A DNA stretch of 64,000 nucleotides from the NCBI RefSeq assembly GCF_001194135.2, contig NC_068988.1, positions 16,515,715 to 16,579,714 of the forward strand. Direction: 5' to 3'. Position 1 is the first letter of the stretch. Each line of letters starts with the position of its first letter. Position numbers and translations under genes: made by a program. Source of the DNA: Octopus bimaculoides. Taxonomy: Eukaryota. The notes beneath the pieces were generated by a model that saw only the letters and a list, made by a program, of their open reading frames with translations, was not told the DNA's origin and did not search any database. Positions 40,060 through 54,150 of this stretch are shown one piece after another.

Positions 40060-40700
40060 TTTTTCTCTGTCCCAAACAACGGTACTCGTCCTGTTATTTG
40101 CACATCTGGCAGATATTTTGAACGGAATATTTCACCAAGATTCTCAGTATTGATGTCTGTCTATAGAGCCAACTACGGGGATAATTCTCTATATTTAAAC
40201 TGGGATGGTTTTCTTTCTCAAATGCTATTGCATATTGTTTTGGCGTCAACATCATAAACGATAGAGATGTAAGCACAGAGATGATGTCATATATCCAGCT
40301 GCTTTATTGTTTTTCTCATTAGGTATTCATAGCAACCTTTTGTTCTTGGATTGCTACGACAGCCTTCAAAGTGGTATGTGATGTAGCAGTCATGAGTCCA
40401 AAAGGTGCTGCACGCCATGTTGATATCACTGTCTACTTCAAGTTATCGAAAAATATATATAAGCATAGTCTTCTTTGGGCATGCTGAGCGTTTCACATCC
40501 ATTTCTTTTTGAAGTATGTTAGTCTGGTTATTTTGGGGGCTCTATGGGGGATCACTAGAATGTAGGTGCTTCTTGAGGAGATTACATATAGAATGCGTTT
40601 CGCCTCGATTTTCAGCACTATGTTTACGTATTTATGTTTGCTGCTGTTGATCACCAGATGCTGAGTGAGATGATACGAAATGGGAAAGCTCTCTGCACTG
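40060..40700 (-). pseudogene. Highly decayed RLE-type (R4/Dong-like) LINE C-terminal relic
   Basis: Broken frames give DINTENLGEIFRSKY (cf. DxNIxxKExEKxxKY) and VPLFG (cf. VPIVIG). Confidence 0.4.
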
Positions 40701-41951
40701 ATCTCAGACATCTCCCACCATCATTTGTCAGCCTGTCTGCCTCTCTGTTTGTCTGTCTGTGTGTCTGCCTGTTTGTCTGTATGCATGTGCGTGCAATTGT
40801 GTTCCACACGGACAAAGCCAGTAGAATTCGATTTACCTCTGTTGCTCATGTGTCAATCAGCAGCATGCTAGTATATTTATTGAAAACTGACTAAATAAAA
40901 CTCACAGTGATAACTACAAGAAAATTTAGTCGGTACATTATACTTATTCTATTAAACTCCATCGGCATTCGTTTCTCTGTTTAGTCGTGTTATAAAGTGT
41001 CCTGACGCTCTCGGCATGACGAACACGTCTCGACTGACTGTCAACGTAATAAACACTCTTATGGCAAACCTTTCACCTTGATGTTAATTGTTGCTGCAGG
41101 CATCAATCTATAGCGTTCACGGAACAACACACTTTATATACACACACATATATACATACACATATGTACAAGTGTGTGTGCACATGCATACACACACACA
41201 CACACACACACACATATAGTGAGAAAGGGTGAAAGAGAGATACACTTACATACATGATTAACAATTGTTGCCATTTCCTATAAATTTTTAGAGTAATCAA
41301 TCCATTGATTACTATATTCCCCCCCACGTATCTATCCACCCATCCGTCTTTGACCATGACTGTGAACCAATGTTTTCTCTATTTCTATGGAAAGAATAAA
41401 TGTATGTCTGAAGAGAATATTTATATTTGTATATCACGTATAGATTTAACCAGTCTCACCTTGTAAGCAATTGTTTTCGTATTGGGCGCTAATGTTGTTG
41501 AAACTCGGGGCGATATGTATAGAGATTATTGTAAAACCTATGACTCGAGGGGATATTTACGACACAGTAGAATTTGATAATCAACTAAATTATTGAATAT
41601 TTAAGCTGTTTTCGACAAATAGTTTTTCCAAAAATAATTTGGAATAATTTGCTAAAGCTTATTAAATATAAAGATTAAAAAAAAAAGAAACATTTGCATA
41701 TATTTTGTATTCTTTATACTTTTATGTTATTTCATTTTTCTTTATGCAATTATATAATTGTGTATCTATGCCGGAACTAACAATTGCTGTACAAATCATC
41801 CAGACAGAATAAATATATCGATCATTCTATTAATTTATTGCCACCCGTCACACCTATATTTTTCCGTTAGTTATAAGTTTCTCAACTTAAATATCCATAT
41901 ACATACATACATATATNNNNNNNNNNNNNNNNNNNNNNNNNNNNNNNNNNN

Positions 41952-41982
<31 letters not shown>

Positions 41983-42164
41983 CACCCTACCACACGCATA
42001 CATACATACATACATATTGTCGAAAACAACACATACATTGCGTAGTAAGTTCGATATTATTTACAACACAAGCGCTGTTTCTAATACATATTTTAACACA
42101 AACACACACACACACACACATATACATGTACACATACATATATTGGCATGTATATATACATACA

Positions 42165-42305
42165 TAGGCGGTGACGCGTGGTAGGGTTGTTGCACTCATC
42201 AGCGATTTCGATTCCTGGACTGATTCAAGCATTGTGTTTTGGGGGAGGCAAAACGCCGTTTTTTGCGTTACTTCACTGCACTCAGCGGATGGAAATGAGT
42301 ATGGT
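42165..42305 (+). mobile_element. tRNA-like SINE head (family C-like)
   Basis: taggcggtgacgcgtggtaggg...ttcgattcc box A/B-like motifs, then ttcactgcactcagc..gaaatgagta. Confidence 0.45.
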
Positions 42306-42639
42306 ATTCGTATCAGTTATAAAGGAATATTAAAATGTTAAAACCATCATCACTTGGTTTTAAATGTTTAAATGCTGATACCATATTACTTTCTGTGGCC
42401 TGTAACCACACTTTGTTTAGTTTCAGCGTTCTGTATTTATAGTTTATTCATACATTGCACATCGCTGCTAAGCTCGTCAAGTTCGTACTTTATCTTCAGG
42501 TGAACCACGTTTCGCGCTTCTAGTACGATAACACGAATAGAAAAGAGATCTATGTCATGTCGTATGATAGCGTTACAATTTCCAGTATCGGATCGTGAGA
42601 GGAGATAACCATTCCAGAATGCATTCATCTGTCAATCTG

Positions 42640-43012
42640 GCTAGTGAGAACTTCGTAATGATTTGGGGTGTTTGCACTTAATTGTCTACAGCGAGAAATT
42701 TCCTCCATGACAAGATAGAATGATTGGTTTTCTTATGTGTTGGAATATACCTCAAAGATATTTCAACGCAAGCACACCAACACCTGCTTCCAAGAGTAAA
42801 GGGAGGACAAACACAGACCCCCGAAAGACACACACAAAGATATATACATATATACGAGGGACTTCTTTCAGTTTCCATCTGCCATATCCACTCACAAGGC
42901 TTTGGTTGGCCCCAAATTATAGAAGATACTTACCCAAGGTGTTACACAATGGGACTGAACCCACAACTATGCAGTTGGTAAGCAAACTTCTTACTACACA
43001 ACCACGCCTGCA
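42640..43012 (-). mobile_element. Family B SINE, near full length
   Basis: cttctttcagtttccatctgcc.atccactcacaaggctttggttggccc...tagaagatacttacccaagg...aaacttcttactacacaaccacgcctgc. Confidence 0.8.
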
Positions 43013-43941
43013 GCTATATATACATATTTCTGTTAACATGAATTCACGTGCGTGTATGCGTGTGTGCGTAGGTGTGTTCATGTGTGTGAGTGTTAGTCTG
43101 TTCGTATATACGTACAAATAAATATGAATGTGTGTGTGTGTGTGTGTGAATAATAATTAAGAGTTTGTCTTAGTTCCAGATGTTGGTTATTGTATGGACA
43201 TCAGTGTTTTCTTAGCCTAGAACACAAGATGTTGAAAAAACAAAACAACACCATCGTTACAGAAACAGTCTAACCCTCTGTTGTCAATCTTGGTCGCGTT
43301 GGGTCATTGATAGATTTCAATAGTAGCTAGAATTAGGTGCAGCCACCCTACGTGTTAAAGTTGGCGCATGCCTAATTTCACTTAGTTATAGGTGCCTGAT
43401 GCCTAATACCCATGCGCATGGTGTCCTGCCTCATAGAATTGTAGAAACAGCGGATAGTAAATACTGGAAGGGTAGCCTAAAGAGTATATAGAACCTGTTC
43501 TAGGGTTGTGTATCAGGATCAACACATATCATTTACCTGAGACCGATAAAGAACGTATGTCAACAGCTTGAAACATTCTTAATTGGTTGTGGATTGATTT
43601 CACCCTCCTCCTCCTCCTCCTCCCCCATCTACTGTTTAGGAGTTATCACTACATTCACATGACCGTAAACAGCGAGCAGGTGTTAAACTCTCTCTCCCAT
43701 GACTTGGGCACTGATGTCGCTAGCTCGCAAATATCACGCATCGATGAGTAGGTGACATGCAGTCTCGCACCTGTTTTAAACAGTGTATTCCCCTATTATC
43801 TGCTATGCATATGTGTAACAAGAACTGGAAGTTTTTTTTTTTCCGAAATCTCTCTTTCACAAATAATCCACGTTAATATTTTGCCAGTTTGTTTCCCAGT
43901 GTCCGTAGAGATAGATCCAATTTCACAAGAAATACAACACC

Positions 43942-43978
<37 letters not shown>

Positions 43979-44750
43979 AAGTGCTATAGCCATTCATTTA
44001 TTCATTCATTCATATATGTGAATAAATGTATATTACATGTATATAAATGTATCTCATGTGTGCTAATACATCATTTCATGTTTCTGTATATTACATTGGT
44101 TAAAATATCCTGATTTGATGTATCATATATTGCTTTCAATGTCTCCCTTATCAATATTTACACATTCCAACGTTGGCTAGTATATACTTTATCATGCTTA
44201 ATATTCTGTATATTTTTTACCCTACGAATTTCTCCATCAACATGCATTTCACAATGATTTTGAACCAAAAATCTATACTTTCAGCACTCTAACGTATGAT
44301 TAAACGCATATCATATTTAAACATGTTCGCCACTCTATACTTATACAGAGATGTTTATTATGCTTTAGTTATTATTTTTTTCTCAAACTAAAGGCAACTA
44401 TGGGATTATATATTGTTCACTAGATTCTAATCCCAGACACAAAGTCTAGTCCAACACTTTGAAGATACATAATTGTAATCTCATATAAGTATAACTGATA
44501 GAGAAGGGAGACTTTCTTCCATAGTCGATTCCCAAAAAACAAACTTGGTAATCTATTATAATACTAATATTGATCGCAGGAAAGAATGAGAAACACGAAG
44601 AGAATAGAATCCATGGACACGACAAAACATTTAAGATATAAACTAAGAAAATAAATCAATTCAGGAAACAGTATATATACGTGTATTGCTTGTGTGTGTA
44701 GGTGTGTATGTGTGTGAATATATATGTATGTATATATAAATATGCAGATA

Positions 44751-44781
<31 letters not shown>

Positions 44782-46427
44782 NNNNNNNNNNNNNNNNNNN
44801 NNNNNNNNNNNNNNNNNNNNNNNNNNNNNNNNNNNNNNNNNNNNNNNNNNNNNNNNNNNNNNNNNNNNNNNNNNNNNNNNNNNNNNNNNNNNNNNNNNNN
44901 NNNNNNNNNNNNNNNNNNNNNNNNNNNNNNNNNNNNNNNNNNNNNNNNNNNNNNNNNNNNNNNNNNNNNNNNNNNNNNNNNNNNNNNNNNNNNNNNNNNN
45001 NNNNNNNNNNNNNNNNNNNNNNNNNNNNNNNNNNNNTATATACATGTATATGAATATACATGTATGTCAATACATAGATACAAATTATAGTGATGCCGAA
45101 ACTCGAGTCAAAGAGTAACTCGAAAAATATTTTTATTTTCATTCTCTTTGAAATTACCCTTATTCGTGGTTTGGGCTTTAACTGGCCTTTCTAGCGTGTA
45201 AGGTGTCCTGTTAAAAGTCACCTCTTTTGTGTATGAATACGTAAATTATTTGTACACTATCTTATATATATATGTATATAAATATATGTATATATACATG
45301 TATATATGCATATATATTTATATATATATATATATGTGTGTGCGTGTATGGGTGTATATTTATGGGCATTTTTATCCATACGTCGATACATATACCCGTA
45401 CACACTGATGCTTGCCTTCACACAAACCACATATATATGTATATATGATAAAATATTTTAAGAGAGCACTGTTCCTTTCTACAAATCCTGATGGTATAAA
45501 TATCAATATAGGCTCACTTGTTAATTTTCGTGTCGAAAATTACGCTTCAAATAGATAACAGTGAAAACATGTTCTGTCTGTTTAGATATCTGCGATCAGG
45601 AAAGGAATGTTATAAAATGTCTAAATCTTTCCTTTCCAGTACTGATATTATTAACTAAACTTAAATCTTGATTAATGGTTGATGCGGTCTCCAAGTTGAC
45701 CATGTCGCTTTTACTAATGTAACTTAATAATAGTTCATATACGCAGTAAAATGTATAATCAAATTCAGCTCCAGAACTAAACTGCCATTATGGAAATGTA
45801 CTGCTACAGTTAGTGATGTTATTGACGATGTTGTTGTTGTTGTTGTTGTTGTTGTTGATGATGATCATGATGACGACGATAAAGATGATGGCTACGTCGG
45901 ACAATTTGAAGGCGGTACCATGTTACCTTAGACTGAAATAACTGGTGTCTGTGCTACTAGATATCTTTAAACTTAAGTTTCAATTATCTTGGAAACGACT
46001 TCATGCTCTAAACAATTCAATTTGATTACGTTGTCTAAGAAGGGAAGACATTTTTACTTTTGATTTGTGTGAGAGTAAGACAACGGAAGAATGTCCATAT
46101 TTTCCCATGAAATTGTAGCTTTGAAATAAACGGCTTCACAGTCAAATTTAATTATAAATAAGTATAAAAATATACAGGTACAGACATAGCCACCTGACTA
46201 AGAACGTTGATTTACAAGCATGTGTCAAGTAGTTCAATACCACTGTGTACCAGGTTGAACTAGTGTTATCTTCTGCACAAACTTCAGGTTGGGCAATATA
46301 AACCGCGGATCGAGTAGATGACATCTGCACAGAAAGTATTCGGATATGTGTGTGTGTGTGTATGTGTGTGTGTGTGTGAGTGTGTGTTGTGTGTGCGTGC
46401 GTATGTAAGTATGTACGCATATATGCA

Positions 46428-46428
<1 letters not shown>

Positions 46429-46474
<46 letters not shown>

Positions 46475-46483
46475 TTATCTGCC

Positions 46484-46519
<36 letters not shown>

Positions 46520-46553
46520 GGTCGGTCTGTCTTTCTCTCTGTCTGTCTTTCTG

Positions 46554-46622
<69 letters not shown>

Positions 46623-46640
46623 ATATCTATCTATCTATCT
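46429..46640. repeat. Compound (ATCT)n-(GTCT)n-(ATCT)n microsatellite
   Basis: Read directly; source of ORFs 46318 and 46380. Confidence 0.95.
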
Positions 46641-47112
46641 ATATTTAAATAATCAGGTTGAAAAATTGAATATCCATTTGCTTAATATCAATTTAAACCA
46701 GTGGCCTAGCAAATTGAAAAATCTGAAGATTCAGAAAAAGATTATATTACATACATATAAGAGGGATGACCACTAAGTGGACGTCCCTTTTGCTAGAAGA
46801 AGACCACCTACGGTCTGACCTGTAAGAAAATATTTTTCTAAAGAAAATTCTGCAAACACCAGAACGTAAGCGAGGAAGACAAATGAAAAGATACAAAATA
46901 TAGAGAATACATCATAGACCGGTTTCGTTGTTAATTACTTACGTAATTACTTACGTAATTGTCTGCAACTCTTCAGTATGATCGTCCTTTACAATATGAT
47001 TTGCAGAACTGTTCACGAAACGTCCGCAGGAGATTGAACACGTATATAGTTCTACAAATTACAGCTGGTGTTATATTTCAAATGTCTTACATTTCGGGTT
47101 TTATTTCAAAAG

Positions 47113-47115
<3 letters not shown>

Positions 47116-47180
<65 letters not shown>
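47116..47180. repeat. (CA)n microsatellite
   Basis: Read directly. Confidence 0.95.
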
Positions 47181-47339
47181 TCCTATTAGAAATTTTCCAA
47201 AGAGGGAATCAATATATATATCTAAGGCATAAAACTCTCTGTGTGTAGATGCCATTTTTATATTATGATTTTTAAAGTGTGTACATTACAACTTAAACAA
47301 TAACTTGTACCAAACAGAGGCATTGACTGTTACACAAAC

Positions 47340-47630
47340 AGCTGAAAGAGGCGCCACTGCAGAGAGTCAAAACTCCCAAAATAGCCATTAGGATACAGGA
47401 TTAGATGTTGCAGCAACATGACTTTCAAGGGCCTACAGTTCTTCGACATCCTTGTTTCAAAATTTCCAGATGAATCTACCTTGCAGCAAGAAACGCAGAT
47501 GAGGGTAGCAACATCAAGGTCCCTCATTCACTAAAAGCCATATATAAGAGCAAGTTTCAAATAGTGAAATTGTAAGAAAGCCATCGGTGGTGCCCCATCT
47601 TGACCGCACCTTTCGAGCTGAATCTAATAA
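47340..47630 (+). mobile_element. CR1/L2-like LINE 3' end
   Basis: FKGLQFFDIL (cf. GPRLFNSLP) and FPDESTLQQETQMRVATSRSLIH (cf. IPDEP...RAAxSNSL); then a tail ggtggtgcccca resembling the family B SINE 3' end. Confidence 0.55.
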
Positions 47631-47905
47631 AAGAATTTTTCAGAATCGATATGACTGAAACCCTTGACGGCTATTCCCCTGCATGACCACAGGTCAGTGA
47701 CTGAAAACCTGTAAAAGAACAAAAGTCACGGGCTGCTGGGGGGAAAAGGACACAATTGCTTTCACTCTAGAGAACAAAGCTATCTAATATCACTTTTCCG
47801 CCTCACACTATTTCTAGTTATCGTAATTTGAGCTACCACTTAGGCAAATATTACCTAGCTTTTTCAATTAGTAAGCTAATGCTAATATATACTTATGACA
47901 GTAAT

Positions 47906-48112
47906 GCAGTGAGTTGGCAGAATCGTTAGCACGCTGGGCCAAGAGCTCAGCGGTATTTCGTCTGTCTGCAGGTTCTGGGTTCAAATATCGCCGACGTCGA
48001 CTTCGCCTTTCATCCCTTTCGAAGTTCATAAATTAAGTACCAGTTGAACACTGAGGTCTATGTATGCCCTCCCAACGAAAATGCTAGGCTTGTGCCAAAA
48101 TCTGAAATCAAT
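47906..48112 (+). mobile_element. Family A SINE
   Basis: gagttggcagaatcgttagcacgctggg...gtcgacttcgcctttcatcc...aaattaagtaccag. Confidence 0.8.
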
Positions 48113-48911
48113 ATGTATTTATAACAATATAATTATAGAGTTTTGACGTTAAACTCATAAGATATGATGCTATGTTTTACTTACCAGACTTTGCACGTTT
48201 TTATGACTAAGATTGCAAATTTAAGTACTACTTACTACGTTTGGCGTATTGGAGTCCATTTGTTTACTGTAGGAACCATACCTACTTTATAGGCACCTGA
48301 AGCTAAAAGGCAGATATGTTTAATGGGCTTGAACAAAGAACAATGCTAAACGAAATATATGATGGTTCGTTTCATTTTTTCTGCTACATAAACGGTTTTT
48401 AACGATTCAGAAATAATGATCTTCTACGCATTGCTTAAGTATCGGTATAGTTTTGGCATCATTTCAATCAGAAATATTAGGAAGAATGGATATTAACAAA
48501 TCACCAAGGTCATACTGAGACACAAACACATTAATGTTGGCTCGACTGTTTTAGTATCATGACATTAGCAAATGATTAAATTCATAATATCATAAACGGT
48601 ATATACGTCACCAATTTGCGATAGTACAGATAAAAATTCTAACAAGATCGACCCATCAGATATGATCTCGCCGCTAATAGCTAATACCTAAATGTACTTA
48701 TAATGTTTTTTAATGATACTGATGAGAGCATACATTGTATATATTTAAGTGTGCAAGTATGTATATTTGTATATATATATATATACAAGGTTGAGGAGGG
48801 TATTGGATTTAACCAAACCCCAAAAGATACAGGTAATACCGAGTAAGTGCTGTATACCGACTAGTTATGTCCCAGTCGTTGTCCGAACAGGATTGGTGAT
48901 TATAAGTCATG

Positions 48912-49137
48912 TATTAGCGTGTGTATGTATAAATATATAAAAAGATAAAGAGAGCAATGGTAAAGTTGGAAATATATTTTATGGGTAGAGTCTTACAGCT
49001 GTTTCTGGAAAGATCCGATGAAGGGAAGTTTTGGATCTTCCCAGAAACAACTGTAAGACTCTATCCATAAAATATATTTTCAACTTTACCATTGCTCTCT
49101 TTATCTTTTTATATATTTATACATACACACGCTAATA
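48912..49137. repeat. Long inverted repeat: 105-bp arms (48912-49016, 49033-49137), 16-bp spacer
   Basis: Arms are reverse complements with about 4 mismatches; the right arm runs into an N-gap, so it may be longer. Confidence 0.95.
49015..49059 (+). ncRNA. Hammerhead ribozyme motif (Penelope-type) lacking its own 5' stem I strand
   Basis: CCGATGA A GGGAAG TTTTGGAT CTTCCC A GAAAC AACT GTA AGAC: 6-bp stem II, GAAAC and GUA triplet. The 3' half is repeated on the minus strand at 49005-48990 (GAAAC AGCT GTA AGAC). Confidence 0.65.
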
Positions 49138-49524
49138 NNNNNNNNNNNNNNNNNNNNNNNNNNNNNNNNNNNNNNNNNNNNNNNNNNNNNNNNNNNNNNN
49201 NNNNNNNNNNNNNNNNNNNNNNNNNNNNNNNNNNNNNNNNNNNNNNNNNNNNNNNNNNNNNNNNNNNNNNNNNNNNNNNNNNNNNNNNNNNNNNNNNNNN
49301 NNNNNNNNNNNNNNNNNNNNNNNNNNNNNNNNNNNNNNNNNNNNNNNNNNNNNNNNNNNNNNNNNNNNNNNNNNNNNNNNNNNNNNNNNNNNNNNNNNNN
49401 NNNNNNNNNNNNNNNNNNNNNNNNNNNNNNNNNNNNNNNNNNNNNNNNNNNNNNNNNNNNNNNNNNNNNNNNNNNNNNNNNNNNNNNNNNNNNNNNNNNN
49501 NNNNNNNNNNNNNNNNNNNNNNNN

Positions 49525-49562
<38 letters not shown>

Positions 49563-49995
49563 ATGTCATGATTATGACTGTCTCTTAACTGGTTGCACTG
49601 CAAAGTCAAAGCCATGACCGCTGATAGGGGTAGACTGAAACTAAGCTGTGATTCGGATAACCAGTATAGGAGAATAAAACTGAATTCAAATTGACGTACC
49701 ATTGCTGGCTTGCAGTATCCTTTTGAAGAAAAGCTTAGGAGAAGGCACTCCGATATATAACCTGCAACTTAGTACTAGACATCTTGCTTTACTTGTTCCT
49801 GGAATCTACTGTTTTGATTCAGAGAGTGGCAAAAGTGTTGTACAAGCGTTTGTCACTGACATTCGTCAGGTCGCTCTTGTAACTCAGTGCAACCTGAGGC
49901 ATAGTCGTGTCGTCGGCGGCTAAACTGGTAACCCACGAAGCTTACTTGGTGAGGAGGGTTATTGTCGGATACACTGCAGATCGAAAAGCAAGACT

Positions 49996-50760
49996 TGCAT
50001 TCAAATCCTACTGGGGTAATTTTACGGTTCAGACATTTGGGGGAAGTAAACTAAGCACCAGGCACGTACAAGGATCGAATTTGTTAACTGTTCACTTGGT
50101 AAAATATTTGGTCTCGTGCCAAAGATTTCAATGGATAGTTTGCGTATCAGGAAAAACTGAATGAGGTAACATATCATCGTTTCACTAAAAATTCAGAAAT
50201 AAAATAATACGAAGCCCTTAATTTGTGTCACTGATAACAACAAAACAATAAATAAATATGCCCCAACTACATCCATTCAACCAAGAGTAGTGAAATATAT
50301 TCCCAAGACGAAAACTCAGTTTCTGTTAGGGCAGTAAAGTAGATAAAAATCGACTCCTGAGATATTTATACTGTTAAATAAAACCTCCAAACTATCTGCC
50401 GAAACGCAGCAAAACGATGATCATTGTTTGAACAACACAACAGAGATAAGATAAACTAACAATAAACAATTCAACTGCAAATGTTTGCTACAACCAGAAA
50501 ACACAGCGTTACACTCCTACACATGTATGTATGTATATATGCATGTATGTATGTATGCATGTATGTATGTAANNNNNNNNNNNNNNNNNNNNNNNNNNNN
50601 NNNNNNNNNNNNNNNNNNNNNNNNNNNNNNNNNNNNNNNNNNNNNNNNNNNNNNNNNNNNNNNNNNNNNNNNNNNNNNNNNNNNNNNNNNNNNNNNNNNN
50701 NNNNNNNNNNNNNNNNNNNNNNNNNNNNNNNNNNNNNNNNNNNNNNNNNNNNNNNNNNNN

Positions 50761-50803
<43 letters not shown>

Positions 50804-51500
50804 ATTATATATATACATGTATATATTCATATGCATATATACATATATAGACACTTATATGTCTGTATATGTATATATACAGTGTGTGTATGTGGGTGTA
50901 AGTGATAGAGTCAACACTATATTTACGGTATTTGAATCGTTTTCCTTTTTAATTGATTTCAGTATATCCCTAAACTTATCTCAGCAATAATTTCGCCTGT
51001 TCTCTTGCAAAAGATATCTGTTTAGAGACAAGATGTTTTGTGCAGGGCTGTAGATATTCATATATATTCGATTGCCGATGTATGAAATGTATAACTTTAA
51101 AACCCATCTACAACTTGTAATTTATTACATAGATATACATCGCTGACATATAATCCATGAAGGCAATATTCAATAGCTAGGTTTCATATACAGAATACTT
51201 GCACATGCATTATATATATATATATAATGCATGNNNNNNNNNNNNNNNNNNNNNNNNNNNNNNNNNNNNNNNNNNNNNNNNNNNNNNNNNNNNNNNNNNN
51301 NNNNNNNNNNNNNNNNNNNNNNNNNNNNNNNNNNNNNNNNNNNNNNNNNNNNNNNNNNNNNNNNNNNNNNNNNNNNNNNNNNNNNNNNNNNNNNNNNNNN
51401 NNNNNNNNNNNNNNNNNNNNNNNNNNNNNNNNNNNNNNNNNNNNNNNNNNNNNNNNNNNNNNNNNNNNNNNNNNNNNNNNNNNNNNNNNNNNNNNNNNNN

Positions 51501-51539
<39 letters not shown>

Positions 51540-51800
51540 TGTAGTTGTAATATGTGTGCGCCTTGTGTCTACACGTGCATGTGTGTGTAGCAGAGTATTT
51601 CCCTTTAATTCTATCTTTTATAAGTAAAGGTTAATATACAAATATTCAGCAGTAACTTTTAGGAACGTTTTGTTATACGTGAAAAGTGAGTTAATCTGTA
51701 AATAGATATGACAAATTCGATCCTTGTACGTGCCTGGTGCTTAGTTTACGTTCCTCAAATGTCTGAACCGTAAAATTACCCCCAGTGGGATTTGAATGCA
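49996..51800. repeat. Dispersed inverted repeat, about 90-bp arms (49996-50084 and 51711-51800)
   Basis: gtaattttacggttcagacatttg...taaactaagcaccaggcacgtacaaggatcgaatttgt appears in both orientations with few differences. Confidence 0.9.
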
Positions 51801-52639
51801 GGACACAAATAGCAAAAGTACTAAATAGCGAAAATACCTTTTCTACGCTGCTTTTGTTTTCGAATCTGTCATCCAGTTGGTCTACATTCGTAAATTATTA
51901 TATTGTTGCAAGTCTAGTTGGAACAAATGAATCACTTTCACTTTCAAATTCATAACGTTTAGTTATAGTAATTTATATTTGTGAGGGTGGTATTTTTAGT
52001 GTCATTTTTTATTTGGCACAGTTATCCTGCAGAAGTTTATGTTCTATTGTTAACGCTTCGTTATTGATGTTACAGCAGATAGTGGTAATGGTAGTGATGG
52101 CCAAGTAAATGTGCAGGCAATATATCAAAACTTTTTCAACCTGAATTTTAGTCCTGATTTATCATGTACGGTTGATTCACTTTCATTTAATAATTTATTT
52201 TTTGCTCTCTTTTTGTGGAAACCTTATTTCATGTTTTGGTTGTTTCTATATTTCTATGTTAGTTTTTGGACGACAATAAATGAACATGTTTGGAATAGAG
52301 AAGATGCGAACGAAAATCGAATCGTGTATGGTGTGTAAACACTTTTTATGTGTCGATGAGTGATAGATGTCACGAAACAGATCTATGTTCCTTCGCAGAG
52401 TAGTAATCGAACGCTGAATAATTTCATTGCTGTACATCTAAATCAAACAAAGTTATACTTCGAAAATAGTAGGATACATTTTATATTTTTCGATGAAGAA
52501 TTATTTTATCTTTTTTATAAGTGATCTTGATTCCTGAAAATACGTTTGGTATTTTCACTGTCTTCATCCTAAGGTATTGAATTGTCTTCTTTGCTGAGTT
52601 TCCTCTCATTAGATTCCATTTTCCAAGGCTGTCTCACCA

Positions 52640-53200
52640 ATTACCTTGTAGTACCAATAACTTACCAATTACACTATTTTTTTCTAACCCAGTGGCTCCT
52701 TGTATTTTTTGTATCACAACGACCTTCCTTATAATCATCATTATACAATAGTAACTCAATTTGTTTTCGGTTCAATAAGGACAACTTTGAATGCATATAG
52801 TATCGTATTTTTAAGATTATTCTTATTCAACCAATATCATTGGCTCTCTAGGAGAGTAATATCATGTTTAGAATAGATTTACTGTCTTTGTCATTTAACG
52901 TGGTTGAATTTCGTGTAACATAGCTTTGGCGTTCAATAAAACACATCCACACTATTTGGTTTCAATAATAATATATTGGTCATTCTACTTTACGTTTTGG
53001 TTCGTATCGTACTTTCGGCCACAGACCATCAAAATATGAGTTGATCGAATAAATTATTCCTTCATCCAAGTTTAAATTTTTTTTTTAGCCTATGTTAAAA
53101 TAAATTCATATTGTGGTTGTCATTAGAATTAACATATTTCGATAGTGATATTTTTCGCATCGTTATCATATAATTTATATGATATATGTCTATAAAAGTT
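52640..53200 (-). pseudogene. Possible very old RLE-type LINE relic
   Basis: Weak W.LC.KY-like and downstream RLE-like fragments only. Confidence 0.25.
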
Positions 53201-53654
53201 CTCATCGGTTCCTGTCAAAGTGTTGGCATATTGCGCATTAGAGATCGCTGGCTGTCGATTCGATAATTATTATTAGTGTTCAGGGATTAAAATTTTTTGC
53301 ACTTTTCACTCCACATTCAATGCACCTTTGGTGATTTGTAGTATAATGCTTTGATTGGGTATTCACTTATGTATTGTAGTTATGTACCATATATTCTGTA
53401 TAAATCTAATACTTTATTTTCAGTTATGTACTTGTGTGCGTATTTCAATCATTCCCAAGGCAGTTACTATAATTTAGAGTAGTTCTTATTTCAAGTTTCA
53501 TATTGTCTTGTAGTTCTTAAAATTCGGAGTTTAATTCGCGCCGAGACCGACATTGCAGTTTCTCCTGTCGGAGATAGTGGTGTAGGTTCAGTAGAAGGTG
53601 CCTTTCTCATATTTCCAACGTGTGTCCTTGTGGTTTCAAATTAAATGGTGATGC

Positions 53655-54150
53655 AAATTTCAATTTCTTATGTGATTAGATGAGCAGTTTGAAAGCAGAC
53701 ATCAAAATCAAAAAGGCACGATCATGGACAGCCTGTTACAAATCAAAGAAGGCCTTGACTCCAAATCCTACAGGCGAGTCAAAATCAAGCTATTCATTGT
53801 AACTGTTGGAACAGTGCTGATTGTATAGTAGTGAAACATGAGCACTGTCACAGAAATTTTTAAACGGACTAGCTGATTGTTACACAGGGATGATACGAAT
53901 GGCCCTAAATGTGAAGTGGCAGCAACATACGAGAAATGAGTGGCTTTATGGAGACCTGCCGAAAGTTAGCGAGAAGATTCGGTAAAATCGGCTCCTGATA
54001 GCAGCTAAATTAGCCTTGTGGAACCCGCTTCGTGGGGATATAAGAAGAGGATAAGGTCCTCATGCCTATATCGACAACTTGATTGTAAACACTAACCTGG
54101 AATGTATCCAGGATCTCGAGTAGTGATGTTCAAACGAGAGGTGTTGCGAG
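53655..54150 (+). pseudogene. RTE LINE 3' coding relic
   Basis: KIKLFIVTVGTVL, DCYTGMIRMALNVKWQQHTRNEWLYGDLPKVSEKIR and AYIDNL, typical of RTE C-termini. Confidence 0.85.

Noticed and set aside
49830-49875. Minus-strand CTGACGA ATGTCAGTGAC AAAC GCTT GTA, hammerhead-like
   Set aside because: G12 is missing and stem I cannot pair.
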